64,000 bases of DNA from contig JBDOQK010000023.1 in assembly GCA_040437565.1 (NCBI GenBank), forward strand, positions 62,001 through 126,000, written 5' to 3'. The notes below the pieces were generated by a model, which worked only from the letters and a program-made list of their open reading frames with translations, did no database searches and was not told where the DNA came from. Positions 1 through 14,043 of this stretch are shown one piece after another. The number at the start of each line of letters is the position of its first letter. The first letter of the stretch is position 1. The translations under genes were made by a program, and so were the position numbers. This DNA is from Albugo candida (Eukaryota).

Positions 1-6
1 TTGATA

Positions 7-3000
7 ATGGCCATGACATAAAACCTTCCCAGAGACTGAGAGATAATCACCAAAGAAATCTACAGCAATGGCAATGTCTGACGTGAACGCGTTCGGAACA
101 CAAGTCGTGATCACTATATTACCAGAAGTCTCCCAGAGCATCTCGTACACCTATGTAGCATGTCGCTGGCGTACTATTGGATGTCATTTTGCCCATTTCG
201 TATTGGACTCAGTAGCATGCTTTGATCAATCAGTGCTCATGAAGCGCCGTCCCAATGCCTTTTGTCGACAGGATGCATTGCCAGTGTTACCTTTGGAATA
301 CTCTCCTCATCCCCAAATTGCGATAGGAATATAATTAAAGTATGAGGCATTTTCTTACGCCACAATCCATTGTGTTTCTATTAGACACCTCCATAAAAAA
401 ACAAAGCTCAAATCAGAATCTGCTTTCCGTCGACATGATCAAGGACAGATAACGCTTCACCAACACTGCACTTCAAAGTTACTTTATCAGTCGATGTATC
501 GCTTTTACGCAACCCTTTCAGTGATTTCCTGTGACATTCGCCGAAGAGAAAACTGCGTATTGAGGGCGGAAGAATGTCTTGAACCAATCTTCGGGATACG
601 CTCCAAAGAAAGACCAGGTTCCTCTTATTCTGACAAGAAGCATTACGACTAAAGTTGATTTGAGTTATCGAAAACTGCAGGATATGCCAGCATTCGAGTT
701 AAATAAAAGATGGTCGGAGGCCTTTCAATACTCAAACTCTTGCCGATGATCCACTCCCAAGACGCGAGAGCTAAATTGTACAACGTGTACTTTAGTACCG
801 TGAGTCCTGCAAATGTAGTGCTAGTTCATCAGAATAAACAGTGCAACCTTACGTCGCTCATGATGGACAGAAACCTTTTATCGGCTTTCGAGTATTCAGC
901 ATGACCGCAGGTAAAATCTCCATGCCATTCTTGTATTGTCTTGGGACTATGTTAAAATACGAAATGGATACTCAGTGTACAACAACTGAGCACATGGGAT
1001 GGGAGTGCACCGCTATCAGTCATCGATTTGGCTGACGTTCATTCCGCCCGTCGTAAATTTGATACTAAAAAACGTCAATATTATCGTTTACGTTGTTCTG
1101 CTGCTTGCTACTGAAATTTTGAGCCGGAAATGGAAATTGAATGTAACCCAAACAACGAAACGAATCTCACTGGGTCCAAACCTTTACCATTCATTGGAAA
1201 AGTCGACGTTCAATTCAATGTTTAAGAAAGCCTGCATGAAATGCGTGAGGAATTAATAAATTCGAGTTTTAAAGGCCATCTCATCATCATCATGTCCAAT
1301 GAAGCGAACTTCGTGATCAGCTTAGCCCGAAAAGGAGATAGCGAATAAGTATACAATCTCACTCCAATTTGACACAATCGTCTCTTTAGACCAGGAGACT
1401 CTGAGAAGCTCTTCTGTGCACTGAATCAATACTGAGATGCTTGTGGAAGATTTAGAATGGACGCGAAAGTATATATTGCCTCAGATAGAGGTAAAGGAAA
1501 TGGCCAGTGAAGCGGAAAAGCTGTTGTGTTTTGAGTAGTAAACAAAATGACTTCTAAAATACGACAAGGAGTGAACTGACAGTACAACAAGTAACGAGGA
1601 TGATGTGTCACCTCTCACTTGAGATATAAGAAAGCAGCAAACTTCGAATGCTNNNNNNNNNNNNNNNNNNNNNNNNNNNNNNNNNNNNNNNNNNNNNNNN
1701 NNNNNNNNNNNNNNNNNNNNNNNNNNNNNNNNNNNNNNNNNNNNNNNNNNNNATGGCCATGACATAAAACCTTCCCAGAGACTGAGAGATAATCACCAAA
1801 GAAATCTACAGCAATGGCAATGTCTGACGTGAACGCGTTCGGAACACAAGTCGTGATCACTATATTACCAGAAGTCTCCCAGAGCATCTCGTACACCTAT
1901 GTAGCATGTCGCTGGCGTACTATTGGATGTCATTTTGCCCATTTCGTATTGGACTCAGTAGCATGCTTTGATCAATCAGTGCTCATGAAGCGCCGTCCCA
2001 ATGCCTTTTGTCGACAGGATGCATTGCCAGTGTTACCTTTGGAATACTCTCCTCATCCCCAAATTGCGATAGGAATATAATTAAAGTATGAGGCATTTTC
2101 TTACGCCACAATCCATTGTGTTTCTATTAGACACCTCCATAAAAAAACAAAGCTCAAATCAGAATCTGCTTTCCGTCGACATGATCAAGGACAGATAACG
2201 CTTCACCAACACTGCACTTCAAAGTTACTTTATCAGTCGATGTATCGCTTTTACGCAACCCTTTCAGTGATTTCCTGTGACATTCGCCGAAGAGAAAACT
2301 GCGTATTGAGGGCGGAAGAATGTCTTGAACCAATCTTCGGGATACGCTCCAAAGAAAGACCAGGTTCCTCTTATTCTGACAAGAAGCATTACGACTAAAG
2401 TTGATTTGAGTTATCGAAAACTGCAGGATATGCCAGCATTCGAGTTAAATAAAAGATGGTCGGAGGCCTTTCAATACTCAAACTCTTGCCGATGATCCAC
2501 TCCCAAGACGCGAGAGCTAAATTGTACAACGTGTACTTTAGTACCGTGAGTCCTGCAAATGTAGTGCTAGTTCATCAGAATAAACAGTGCAACCTTACGT
2601 CGCTCATGATGGACAGAAACCTTTTATCGGCTTTCGAGTATTCAGCATGACCGCAGGTAAAATCTCCATGCCATTCTTGTATTGTCTTGGGACTATGTTA
2701 AAATACGAAATGGATACTCAGTGTACAACAACTGAGCACATGGGATGGGAGTGCACCGCTATCAGTCATCGATTTGGCTGACGTTCATTCCGCCCGTCGT
2801 AAATTTGATACTAAAAAACGTCAATATTATCGTTTACGTTGTTCTGCTGCTTGCTACTGAAATTTTGAGCCGGAAATGGAAATTGAATGTAACCCAAACA
2901 ACGAAACGAATCTCACTGGGTCCAAACCTTTACCATTCATTGGAAAAGTCGACGTTCAATTCAATGTTTAAGAAAGCCTGCATGAAATGCGTGAGGAATT

Positions 3001-3398
3001 AATAAATTCGAGTTTTAAAGGCCATCTCATCATCATCATGTCCAATGAAGCGAACTTCGTGATCAGCTTAGCCCGAAAAGGAGATAGCGAATAAGTATAC
3101 AATCTCACTCCAATTTGACACAATCGTCTCTTTAGACCAGGAGACTCTGAGAAGCTCTTCTGTGCACTGAATCAATACTGAGATGCTTGTGGAAGATTTA
3201 GAATGGACGCGAAAGTATATATTGCCTCAGATAGAGGTAAAGGAAATGGCCAGTGAAGCGGAAAAGCTGTTGTGTTTTGAGTAGTAAACAAAATGACTTC
3301 TAAAATACGACAAGGAGTGAACTGACAGTACAACAAGTAACGAGGATGATGTGTCACCTCTCACTTGAGATATAAGAAAGCAGCAAACTTCGAATGCT
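7..3398. repeat. Exact 1646-bp direct duplication (7-1652 = 1753-3398) across a 100-N gap; assembly overlap artefact
   Basis: Identical sequence and identical ORF translations at offset 1746; the copies abut the gap on both sides. Confidence 0.9.
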
Positions 3399-4795
3399 GC
3401 AGCGATGAAGCTGACTTCCTCTCACGAATGAGTAACGGCGCAGTGAATCCTTCTCTCGCAGATACCTGAACGTAATTACAATGATGTCGGACTCAGTGAT
3501 TATAGCAACTCCTTCAGATCCATCGATGCTGTCTAATGGCACGAAAACAAATAAAGGAGAAGCTTCATCGCCAGGAAGAAAAGGCCTACAAAGTGCAGAT
3601 GATCATGGGAACACAGCCATGGGATTGTCAAGGCCTTCGTAAATCCTCACATTATGCTAAATCAACATCTATTAGAGGAGATACAGGCTAGCACTTGATC
3701 CTTTGACTTCCTCAATGCTTGATTAGTCTGAATTGCACAGCACGAAAAGTAACATTCTCTGCTGCACTTTTCTTTTGTTGTTTTTTGGTCATATCAAACT
3801 GGTACGTTATCTTCATTAAATCGAGAAAGCCACTTGTGGTAGTCTACCGATCACGCTGCTTATCCTCAGTACATTGGTATTTTGCTCCTGACGCCATCAT
3901 ACAAACTTTCCAGTAAATGATCTGACGCACTTGAAGAGAGGGCTCTGACTCGAAACCTTGCAATTGGTATCGGACACATCATTCTTAGCGTAACAACTCG
4001 CTTCTAGCAAAGCGTCAGAATCTAACGGTAATGCGATATGCATTTTTGCTCTAGCTTCTTTTGCCACTTGAGTAGTCGTTATTGATACTTGAGCCATACA
4101 TTTCTTCACATGAAGCCCTACAGGCCGATATCTATATCGATCTTCTATCATACGGTGCTTGGGTCCATGGTTTCGCAGTAGAGAAAGGGACTTGTGTTCC
4201 TAAAACGGTATCAAAGTCGATGGAAGAAAATGATAAGAGGTTGAATAGAAATGACAGTATTGATGATTCGAAAACACTATGCACATCACATAGCAATCAA
4301 ATGGTCCTATACACTCATTACACACAAGTGCGCTGTAAGAGTTGAAGCTCTGCAGTCCTGCCATCTGAAGTCTTTATATCAGCGCCGTGAATTGTTCTGA
4401 CTGGATAGTTGGGCTATTATCACGACCACGAACTCCATTATTCGGAGTCGTCTCAGAAAGTCAGCCATTGTCAAATTGAATGCATCATAATCTTTGTAGG
4501 TCACACAGAGAACACTACCGCTGTTTTAACCTGTTTCTGATGCTTCAGTCGATACTCAACTCATTTGAAGCGTGTTCTTGCGACATGGAAGAAGAAAATC
4601 GCAGTACAAGCAGACATATCAAGTACGATATGGAGAAAGGTCTGTTACATGCAATTACCTAGGAAATAGGCTGATGCCAATTAGATCGGAGAAAAGGGGC
4701 TGTAGGTCAGATTGAAGCATTTGGAACATGGAGGTTTCACTACAACACGAGAACACTGGCTTAGTCATGGAATGGTAGAAGAAGACGCCATGATT

Positions 4796-5465
4796 TATCA
4801 TATAATCAGCCAAAATTTACTTTGAAGTGTGCTAGATCCATAGGTCCCGATCATACTACGAGTAAAGCACGTAAGTCGTTCAACCCTCAGGGACATCAAT
4901 GGCTGATGTCGAAAGTCAAGTTTCTGCGTATTTGAAATCACGAGGAGACACGATTTGGGGTTTAAGCGCAAACGCATCGTCTTTATGAATATTTCGAACC
5001 ACCAAGCTTGTTGATTAGCAGTTCACTGTGAATAGCGTGGAAGGCTGAGTCGTTTCGACAATTTCACAAAGAAAAAGTCTNNNNNNNNNNNNNNNNNNNN
5101 NNNNNNNNNNNNNNNNNNNNNNNNNNNNNNNNNNNNNNNNNNNNNNNNNNNNNNNNNNNNNNNNNNNNNNNNNNNNNNNNTATCATATAATCAGCCAAAA
5201 TTTACTTTGAAGTGTGCTAGATCCATAGGTCCCGATCATACTACGAGTAAAGCACGTAAGTCGTTCAACCCTCAGGGACATCAATGGCTGATGTCGAAAG
5301 TCAAGTTTCTGCGTATTTGAAATCACGAGGAGACACGATTTGGGGTTTAAGCGCAAACGCATCGTCTTTATGAATATTTCGAACCACCAAGCTTGTTGAT
5401 TAGCAGTTCACTGTGAATAGCGTGGAAGGCTGAGTCGTTTCGACAATTTCACAAAGAAAAAGTCT
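4796..5465. repeat. Exact direct duplication (4796-5080 = 5181-5465) across a 100-N gap; assembly artefact
   Basis: Sequence tatcatataatcagcc...gaaaaagtct occurs on both sides of the gap. Confidence 0.85.
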
Positions 5466-8400
5466 CGTCTATCCAGACTCAAGTAGCTCTCAAATGACAT
5501 GCAGTTGCTGGATGTCCTCCCTGCAAGTGAAGCGCTCAACCAGCTTCGCTTTGTAATCTTTTGCGAAAATAAGAAAGTCTTTTGAGGGTCTTGACGCAGC
5601 CTATGCTCCGTAGGATACTCTGATCAATCACATTGAGTCGAAGGAAAACATTCTTCTCGATCCGTTTGGGGGTATGATACATCGTCATCGTAACCTTGGA
5701 AAGTTGCCTCAGGCATAATCCTTGAACAGCACTCTTGGGCAGTTACCATAAGTCCCTCCTGTCTTTCAATGTCATCTACACAGTGAGCACGATAGGATAC
5801 CATGAGACTGTGATAAAAGCAATTATTTTTTTGATTTCACCACCACATTTGACTCCATTAGAGACAATTGAAAGCAATTGCTAATCGATATGTATATTTT
5901 GAAGCATCCCTATTAAATCCCCGCTATGGCGTTGGTTAAAGATTGAGTGGAAGCGGCTTTCTATATTACCGATGATAGAATCAGCTTATGACAATGTTAT
6001 CGCTACTAGTCTGTTCAAATACCTGACGACAATATCCGATCCAGTCTCATCTTGTAGTTGGGCGTTCTCTTCGAGACGCGCAAGTTATGAATGAGAATTT
6101 TTTAAGTATGCATTGGAAATCCGGTGGTCGCTAAGTTTCCGGCCCACACAAAGAATCCAACTTATGATCTCCGATCGCAGAGTCAGAAGTGCAGTGTCAA
6201 GTGAGATTTTCGAATTAGGCGGGGTGTTTCACTCCACTTCAGTTCATTCATTTGACAAGGGGTGTCTGTTCCCGTTTTAAGTGCTGATCGTTACACTCGA
6301 GCATCAATGGGGAATCTGCCGTCAACCTGTCAAATAAGTTGCGTTCGAAGCGGTGGCTATAACTCCATACAGATTTGCTGACGAGATGAAAATCAGGCAC
6401 TGGATCTCAACATTAATCATCAGTTATAGTACCGACAACATGAAGTAGAGCCCAACTAGGCTTTGCGAGCGCTGACTCCCTTACGCTGTTGTAGTTTTTT
6501 GTGTGCTCATATTTATATTGATCTGATAGATTGTATCCTTGACTATAGTTTGTTAGGAAGCTCCATTTTTGTGTGGGCTCTATGTGAACATTAATAGTCG
6601 TAAGTCTTTGTCGAGGGCTGCTGAGAGGACGGTAGATTTCGACCTCGGTAGACCGAAAGCATCATGCGCGTCGCAGTATCATGGCATGTTGATCTTTGCT
6701 GTTGTCGGCTGCAGGTGGCGAAAGTCGACCGAGATGCTTCCTCCTGTATCTGGAAAAGGTGCGTCGTAGTCGTGTCGTTCCGCATTGCTTACATTCGATG
6801 GGGATATCAACTGCAAAGATCAAATCACGTCATAGGCGGAGACGGTATTTAGCGGCCTTATCTTTCGCTTTGCAAGGAGTGAAATAGGTGGCATATTTGT
6901 ATGGCTGAAGGCGAAGTTAGCGTGATAAACCATCCGTGGGTCTATACCGTCAGAACTGTGTTACGAGAGTTTTTTAGCCGCTTGTGCAAGGAGAAAAACA
7001 CCTTATTACTTTCATACAATTGATATGACTATTTCTTTCGTAGCGCGTGTGATACCGAGTAGGGTTGTCAGCGTAGAGGCTTGATAAGCTAGGTGATGCA
7101 GTGATGACCCCATGATTGAGTTGTTCACACATACTTTGTGTTTCCTGCTCCACATGACGTGCTCACATGTCGTATTGGGTGCGACCACGAGATGAGTTTG
7201 AGAAGCGGGACTAAACGCGTTTTCAATTTGATTTCTTGAGATTTGTTTGGGACACGTCCATCCTAATCACCGATCGGACTATGGTGCTTGTGAAGGTCTC
7301 GATCTCTTACATACATGACAAAACCGACTTTTTCAGCCTATAAGATTTCTACCGGATGTTTTGCAGGAACAACTGTCGACGAAATCGCTAAATTGATACA
7401 TAGGTACAGGAGACAACTGCCACTGTACGTGAGAAAAAAAAGAAAGCCATTTCTATCTGAGTAGAAGCTCGACTTATTGCTCAGTGCGGTAGATTCTCTT
7501 TGCGGGGAAAAATTCTGGCCGTAGAAATGAAGTTACTACCTCTTTGTGTGATTTGATGTGTAGGCCCTATTAGATTCCTTCGTGAAAGCCGGTGTAGCAA
7601 GGGTATTGACTTTTCAACATGCCGAGCAGTATCGCCATCATTCAAGATGATTTTCGTTGATGGCAACATCAACACGAGATTTGTGATTGATTTTTCCACA
7701 TATCTTATTCGCTCTCGGGAAATTGTCCTAAAAAGGCTTCACTTCACTATACGATTGTCCGTACGCTACCGAGTTTCGTAAGCAGTGATTATTTCCTATG
7801 TAGTGTTTTTTGTCGTGAATGGCGTGCTTGTGGCGAAAACACCACGATTGCAACAATTTGTATGGACCGCTCGGGTGATTCAATGGCCCAAGTCAGCAGT
7901 CAATGGATACCTCCCATCTGCTGTGTACTTAAAATCAACTATTCGGTCAGGTGCTGCATTTTCGACAGGCAAGAAATGTTCGATTCGAAGGACGTTATCC
8001 ATGAGTCAGAAGAGAAAGATCCTCTCTCATCCCACTCAAGTACGAACGAGATGGCGAAAGAGATGAACGGTTGAATCCAAAAGTTCACAGATCGATCGCA
8101 TTAGTTTTCGTCGATGTGTAAGTACTTCCATTAGTGTATGTACGTCGATTGGAGCGTTTCAACAAAATTGGTGCTTTAAACAAAAAAAACTTGTTTGCGC
8201 GAGGAGGTCGATGCATATCACATCAGTCACCCAACTAATACTCAACGTAGAGAAGAAGCTTATGTATCACTGCTAAAATTTGACCTAAACTATCATGGAC
8301 GTGCAGCTAAGGATCAAGGAGAATGTTGCAATGATGGGCTGCATGATGTCACTCTGTTGTGACGAGGATAAAGTCCTCTCCGGGCTTGTGGCATCGCAGC

Positions 8401-9022
8401 CTGCAAAGCTGTATTTTGAGCGGTGCAATCAGTCCAGCAATTTATTGAGCGCGACAACGATCAGTGATGATATTATGTACACTTGAGATTGTGTTGCAGC
8501 CCATATAAGCAGGTTATCGTGTTCTGGATCGACTAGTAAGCGAAATTGTGTGATGATTTTGTCTTCAAGTACGACAACCGCAAGAGCAACCAGGATTTAG
8601 CTTAAACGGGGCCGATATAAATCGCTTAGTGTGAGATAAACTACTCTGGGATGAGAGTGCTCAAAAAAAAGAAACCCTTCGAATCATTTTCGAAATCGAT
8701 TCGAAATGTGTACTGTATATCTATCATAAGAATGCATAAAGTTAAAGACTGAACACCACAAGTTAAGATGTGCCTAATGCACATACAGTGTTAACTCTGC
8801 GATTTGACGCTTTATACCACAGATAGGTATCATGCTATGCAAGGTCGAACAAGACCGAATTCTCAGGATAAAAAATTTGTACAATTAGAAGCCATACTAC
8901 CCTCCATTTTACCCTGAGAAAAAAATATGGAAGTCCTGTAGAGGATGGTGACATTCTCAGTCGCTTAGGTACAATTTTAACGGAAGACTTTGTTGGGTGA
9001 CTCTATTCTCACTCGATTTCCA

Positions 9023-9037
9023 CTCATTTTCAAATTG
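9023..9037 (+). promoter_or_regulatory. Oomycete INR/FPR-like core promoter upstream of the signal-peptide ORF at 9061
   Basis: ctcattttcaaattg resembles the YCATTYY initiator plus flanking element, ~25 nt before the ATG. Confidence 0.4.
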
Positions 9038-9060
9038 TCAACCTGATACCAGCAAAGCCA

Positions 9061-11460
9061 ATGTTGTTGTACTCGGCTATACTACTGCTTGCTGGTGCAG
9101 CTCTAGGCAAGGAATTGAGATTCAGTTATCTCAAACACAACGAGACAAAGAATTATGGATCCACTTCACTACCGACCGGAGGCAATGTCGACATGTTGGC
9201 CTCTCAGCGTTCACTTGCTGGCAATAAATACTCTGAACCAACCCCGCAGAGTCGAGAAATCGAATCCTTAATTAAATAGTAGTACGACAAAAATGAAGGA
9301 AACGGATGGGAGCTAATTCTCTATTTGTAGTCCGGATGACGCTTTCAGTATCGTGGCAAGAGATGGAGCTAAGTACAAACTGAGGTTTCTTGGCAAAAAT
9401 AGTGAAGGAAATGTGATCTCACTTTTTTTGGCACAGTCGTCTTCTCGTACAAGGAGACATTGAGAAAATTCGCAGCGTGCTCTTTCAGTACCAAGGTGCT
9501 CACAGACGAGTTGATAAGAACCTTCAGATACCCACACTCTTGAAGTAAACAGAAAGCAAAGAAATTAGGGAAAGGAGGAATGACGTTTCTTGAGTAGGGA
9601 ATACGAGAACCTGAAAAAGGAGCGAAGAATAAAATTAATGCGGACGTAGTAGGCGAGCCCAATGCAATCACAGTCAACATTAAGGTGGATAACGCAATCG
9701 AAGTGCACTTGAATAAGGAGACGGATACAATCACAGTAGACACGAAAGCGGGTGATTCGTTGACGATGAGGTAAAAGAAAATGAGTACATCTCAAAACTG
9801 TGAGTCTTATTTTTCTTTCGCAAATCTAAGCACGATTTTGAGGTCAAATTACCCGACGGACCAATCCTGCAGTTTAGGAAAAGCAATACAGCAAATTGCG
9901 AGCACGTAAACCTGATCTAAATCTCATTCTTCAAAGGCTTAAATGGTCGGAATTCAAAACAGCGTCGGGAATATCAATCAAACGCAGGTAATCACGGAAG
10001 AAACTAGGAAACGGAATATGATCTCTCTGAAGTAAAGTAGAAAAGACGTTTAAGCTGGCATTAGAAGATCTATTGTTCAGAGCAAGGTATATCAGAGAAA
10101 AAAAAGATGAGAGGATACAGCTCATTTTCTATCCCACATGACCTACGACGTAGGAACATTGAAAATGAACACATAGTGCGAATTCCTGATCTACTCCGGG
10201 ATGCATACGAAAGGATTCAATCTAACCCTCCAATCATGCCTTTTCTTGTGGGAACACGCGTGGAAAATGCATCATCTTCAGGAGGAACTGGTCAACCAGT
10301 TGTGAAAAGCCATGTGGGAACATCTCTCCGCAAAGTATAGCTCTCCAGATCTTCTCACATGGAGCGTCATCGGAAGTTGATCAAAATGAGAAGCAACGGC
10401 GGCACTCAGAGGAAGAGATACGGAGGCTGAGATAAGTTGCGGATAGCTAACTTTAAGAGTATTTATCGCACATTAATGAAGATACTTTCTCGGCTTTTGT
10501 TTTGTCGCATCTATGGAGCAGGTAACGCCCTCAAATCGAGGGAGCCGCCTGTGATACTTTACTGATCAAGCTAGTTGATTTCGATAGAATACTTCTTTTG
10601 CCTGACGTCATTGCACAGAACTCTCCATCGGTGACAAGATTCACCAGACACACTATTTTAGCTCTGCCAAGACGTCAAACTCGGATGTGATGTACTATCC
10701 AATTAGAGTGCTTCCTTGCGTATCGTAATTGCGATAGTAATCGGTATACCGACGACGAGGAGCCGAAACTTAGGATCCCACTAATAACATATCTGACGAC
10801 AGAGGGCTTCGTTGTCGGAAAAACTCCGTTGGACGTCGCTGAAGCGATTAAAAAATACGTTATCGTCGAGTCAGAAACACTTTGCACAGCACATAGCAAT
10901 ATGCGGGGCTATACACTAACTTACCGTCGACATAAATGCACTGTGGCAACTCAATCGAGCTATGCAGTCTTGCAGTATTGTGTTTTATATCAGGGTCAAG
11001 TTGACGTTCTACTGTCAGGATCATTCATTGTTTGGTTTGTGACCCACGTGGTTATCGCGACCTCCTTCCAGAATCGACTACGGCATATGAGTCGTTTTCA
11101 AATTGTCTGAACATACGGAAACTGGTCATCTCTGTCTCACGCTGAAGGAAATGTTCGACTCTGAAGAGTGTGGTGGCGATATGGCACAAGCGAAACGGCA
11201 GTACAAGCAGACACATTTTGGCGACAAGAAGACGATATGCATTGATTTCTCCCACGATCAGTTGGTCACTTCTTCATCGAGAAAGAAGCTCGCACACATT
11301 ACATTCAAAACGCGGAATTAAAGGTCTTTTGATTGCGTGAAAGCATTTGGGAAGCATGAAGACCTCACGAGAACTTTGGCTTCGCGACAAATTATCGGAA
11401 AACCGGTTCATTCTCATTCGGAACCGTGTGTCACCGCTAATGAAGTGTATCGATAAAGAG
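9061..11460 (+). pseudogene. Probable decayed gene for a secreted protein (3' extent uncertain)
   Basis: ATG-initiated signal peptide MLLYSAILLLAGAALG, then protein-like + strand frames broken by stops and frameshifts (e.g. ...TFRYPHS*SKQKAKKLGKGGMTFLE*GIREPEKGAKNKINADVVGEPNAITVNIKVDNAIEVHLNK; 10107-10340; 11103-11321). Confidence 0.4.
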
Positions 11461-13086
11461 TATTTTCCACTGAGATTAATCGATCTCGTCGTCACTTTCC
11501 ATTACAACAAATGACAAGTCACACAATGCGTCATGAAGCTAGTTGCGCTGTTTGTGTGTCAGCTGGGTGTCTGGTCGACTACAATAAAGCTTACAATGGC
11601 TTGGAGGAAGCTGATATTAGACAACCCAACATACCACCATTCTTCAATGCATCGATAGAATTAGGCAAATACTAGGACACTCAGCGCTTCAGCCAAAATT
11701 AGAGTCCAATGGAATGCGTACATAAGACAAAGCCAAACCTTAGATACCGCATATGAAAATCAGTCCACCAATTGAAATGGTACATTTTTGGCGAAAGCGG
11801 AGCGCCTATGGTATACTGTCGTGTGTCCCCCGTCGAAAGAGGTCGTTGCAGCAATCGGTATCGTCGGTTGATCACCGAGAAGAAAAGAAGCTGATCTGCT
11901 TCGACGACATGCGCCTGGTTCAATCATTACCTCTCGATTCTAATAATTAGAGCANNNNNNNNNNNNNNNNNNNNNNNNNNNNNNNNNNNNNNNNNNNNNN
12001 NNNNNNNNNNNNNNNNNNNNNNNNNNNNNNNNNNNNNNNNNNNNNNNNNNNNNNCGCTGTCTCAATAATTCTCTTCAAACTGCTTAGCAAAATGTCTTTC
12101 TTGAAAACATACTTTGAGCTTTTTCATGGTGAGATATCACTTTCGCTTTCATCATCAAAGTACAATGATTTGTAGTCATATTACTCCTTCCCGTGATAAG
12201 AAACAGCGTTTTGACCCGAATGGAACCGAACGTATCGAAACATATGCAACGAAGAATCAGAACAAGACGCTCTCGCTCTCTGACGCCTCAACGCCCAACG
12301 AAACCAAATACGTTTCTCTCCCACTCAGTACAGCTCACTTTTCGCATATGCTGAGAGGAGAAAAAAGTAGAGCTACCGCTCAGTTGTACAATTGCCGCAT
12401 GCGACCAATTGCTCTCTTGCATTGTTTGTGCGTCATAGCGCCAATCTAAAATGAGAATCTCCAATACTCGAGATACACCACCACGTCACGCAAATCGGAA
12501 CAAATTGTAAACGCACAACGACCAAAAGTTTTCGCAGTCCCATGGCCGTGCGATATCGAGCAGGCGTAAATCTCCATCAACAAAGGGAAGACATCTCTTT
12601 CTGAATAAATTGAGCTTGAAACGCCACAGTACCCTGTAGCCACACTGGAAATTATTAACTTTTAAGCGGTGTTGAGTCAAATCCACATCCATCTTATTAG
12701 CTCCATGGAATGAGCAGCGTCGACTCTGCTTCTGCGCAAGACGTAAGACGCAAAAATCCCGGACCAAATTTGGGTTGTGTGCTTGACAGTCATTGATACA
12801 TTGAGCAGAAAATATCTCACTCTGTTTGTTCATTCTTACTTGAACAGACACATTGGCACATCAGCTCATGGAGCTCGTCATGGACGCAAAAATGTGGTCG
12901 ACAATGATAAACACTCAAGCAATCAGATGAGAAAAGCAGTTTTTATAGTCGCAACATCCATACATTTGGATCTCCTGGTGGCTGTAGCTGAATAGAAAGA
13001 AATCGGCGAGTTGCGCGCATCTTTGAGAACAAAAGCAAGAAATGGGTCACAATGTTACATTCAAGACAGCGTATACAAATCCACGA

Positions 13087-13699
13087 CTACATTAAATATG
13101 GACCGACAAGCGATTGGGCAGCAGCTGCGACATTTTGTGTGTATGTCATATGAGCCATTCCATTGAATCCATTCTGACAGACGGGATCTCCAAGAGCACA
13201 AAACGAAAATATTTTGTTTGGTGAGCTTACTGGCCATTGAGCGTTCATCGCTCGGAATGGATCTCCAAATGAAGCGATGCCAATACTTTTCTGCTGTAAC
13301 GTGGGATCAAGCTTCATGCCGTGAATGACCATAGCGCCTACAATGAAAATCTGAGCATCCTTCTACTATCGATAATAAATTTGTACCTTGCGAGTATCCG
13401 CCCAGAGCAAACATCGTGTTGGGACATTGCACTGCTCGACTTTGTATATGTCGAACTGCATCGGCAGTACCGACTGCAGCGCTTGTGAAAAAGTCAGCGG
13501 TAGCAGGGTACATCACAGCATACCCTTCCGTTCCAGGAACGAGTTGTTGCAACGCCGATAACAATGGCGTACCAACGATTCCAAGCCCAGGCATCTCCCC
13601 CGTTCCTCGAGCAAATATGAGCTCAAGCGGAGGACATGTCAAAACGATCACAGGATACAAAGCCATAAGCCATACAAAACGAATAGTCGGAGAATTCAT
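13087..13699 (-). CDS. Secreted cutinase (CE5), 2 exons (13699-13387, 13337-13087)
   Basis: Signal peptide; IFARGTGE motif; GYSQG nucleophile spanning a 49-nt GT-AG intron (13338-13386); FGDP; CALGDPVC (Asp); AHMTY (His). Confidence 0.93.
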
Positions 13700-13709
13700 A
13701 TTCCGCAGC

Positions 13710-13727
13710 GCAAGTTGGAAAATGAGC
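13710..13727 (-). promoter_or_regulatory. Oomycete INR+FPR core promoter of the cutinase gene
   Basis: Minus strand reads GCTCATTTTCCAACTTGC, close to the GCTCATTYYNNNWTT consensus, ~10 nt before the ATG. Confidence 0.6.
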
Positions 13728-14043
13728 TCATCGGAGATACTTTCTCAAAAAGATTTGATCCGAGGAGAAATTCGGAGGAATATCGTGGCGTCATACGATT
13801 TTCGTTTGATTTCTATTGAGACAAAATGCTTTGAAGAAAAAGAAGCGTTCTTTCGACCTCTTTCCACCTCATCAGAGAAAAGTTGGCGACAGAAACTGTA
13901 TTGTTTGCCATCTCACTATGTCTCCTTACGGCCATCCTTTACAATTTGCGTCATACGACATCGCTGCCAGTTGTAAGAAGCATCGAAATGGATGCGTTTT
14001 TTAACAAGTTATAATATAATCATAATACAAGACCCGTGTTTAC

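Noticed and set aside
68-3357. Pairs of identical short ORFs suggesting a tandem gene duplication
   Set aside because: They come from the exact gap-flanking overlap and have no recognisable protein features
68-5900. Possible highly decayed Ty3/Gypsy pol remnants (fragments such as ENCVLRAEE..GIR, HLKRVLATW, IGEKGL)
   Set aside because: Only faint resemblance; no YxDD, RNase H or integrase motif and no LTRs recognisable, so not supportable without a profile search
8678-8707. Near-palindromic cluster of TTCGAA words (ttcgaatcattttcgaaatcgattcgaaa)
   Set aside because: Short; spacing does not fit a heat-shock element and there is no linked feature
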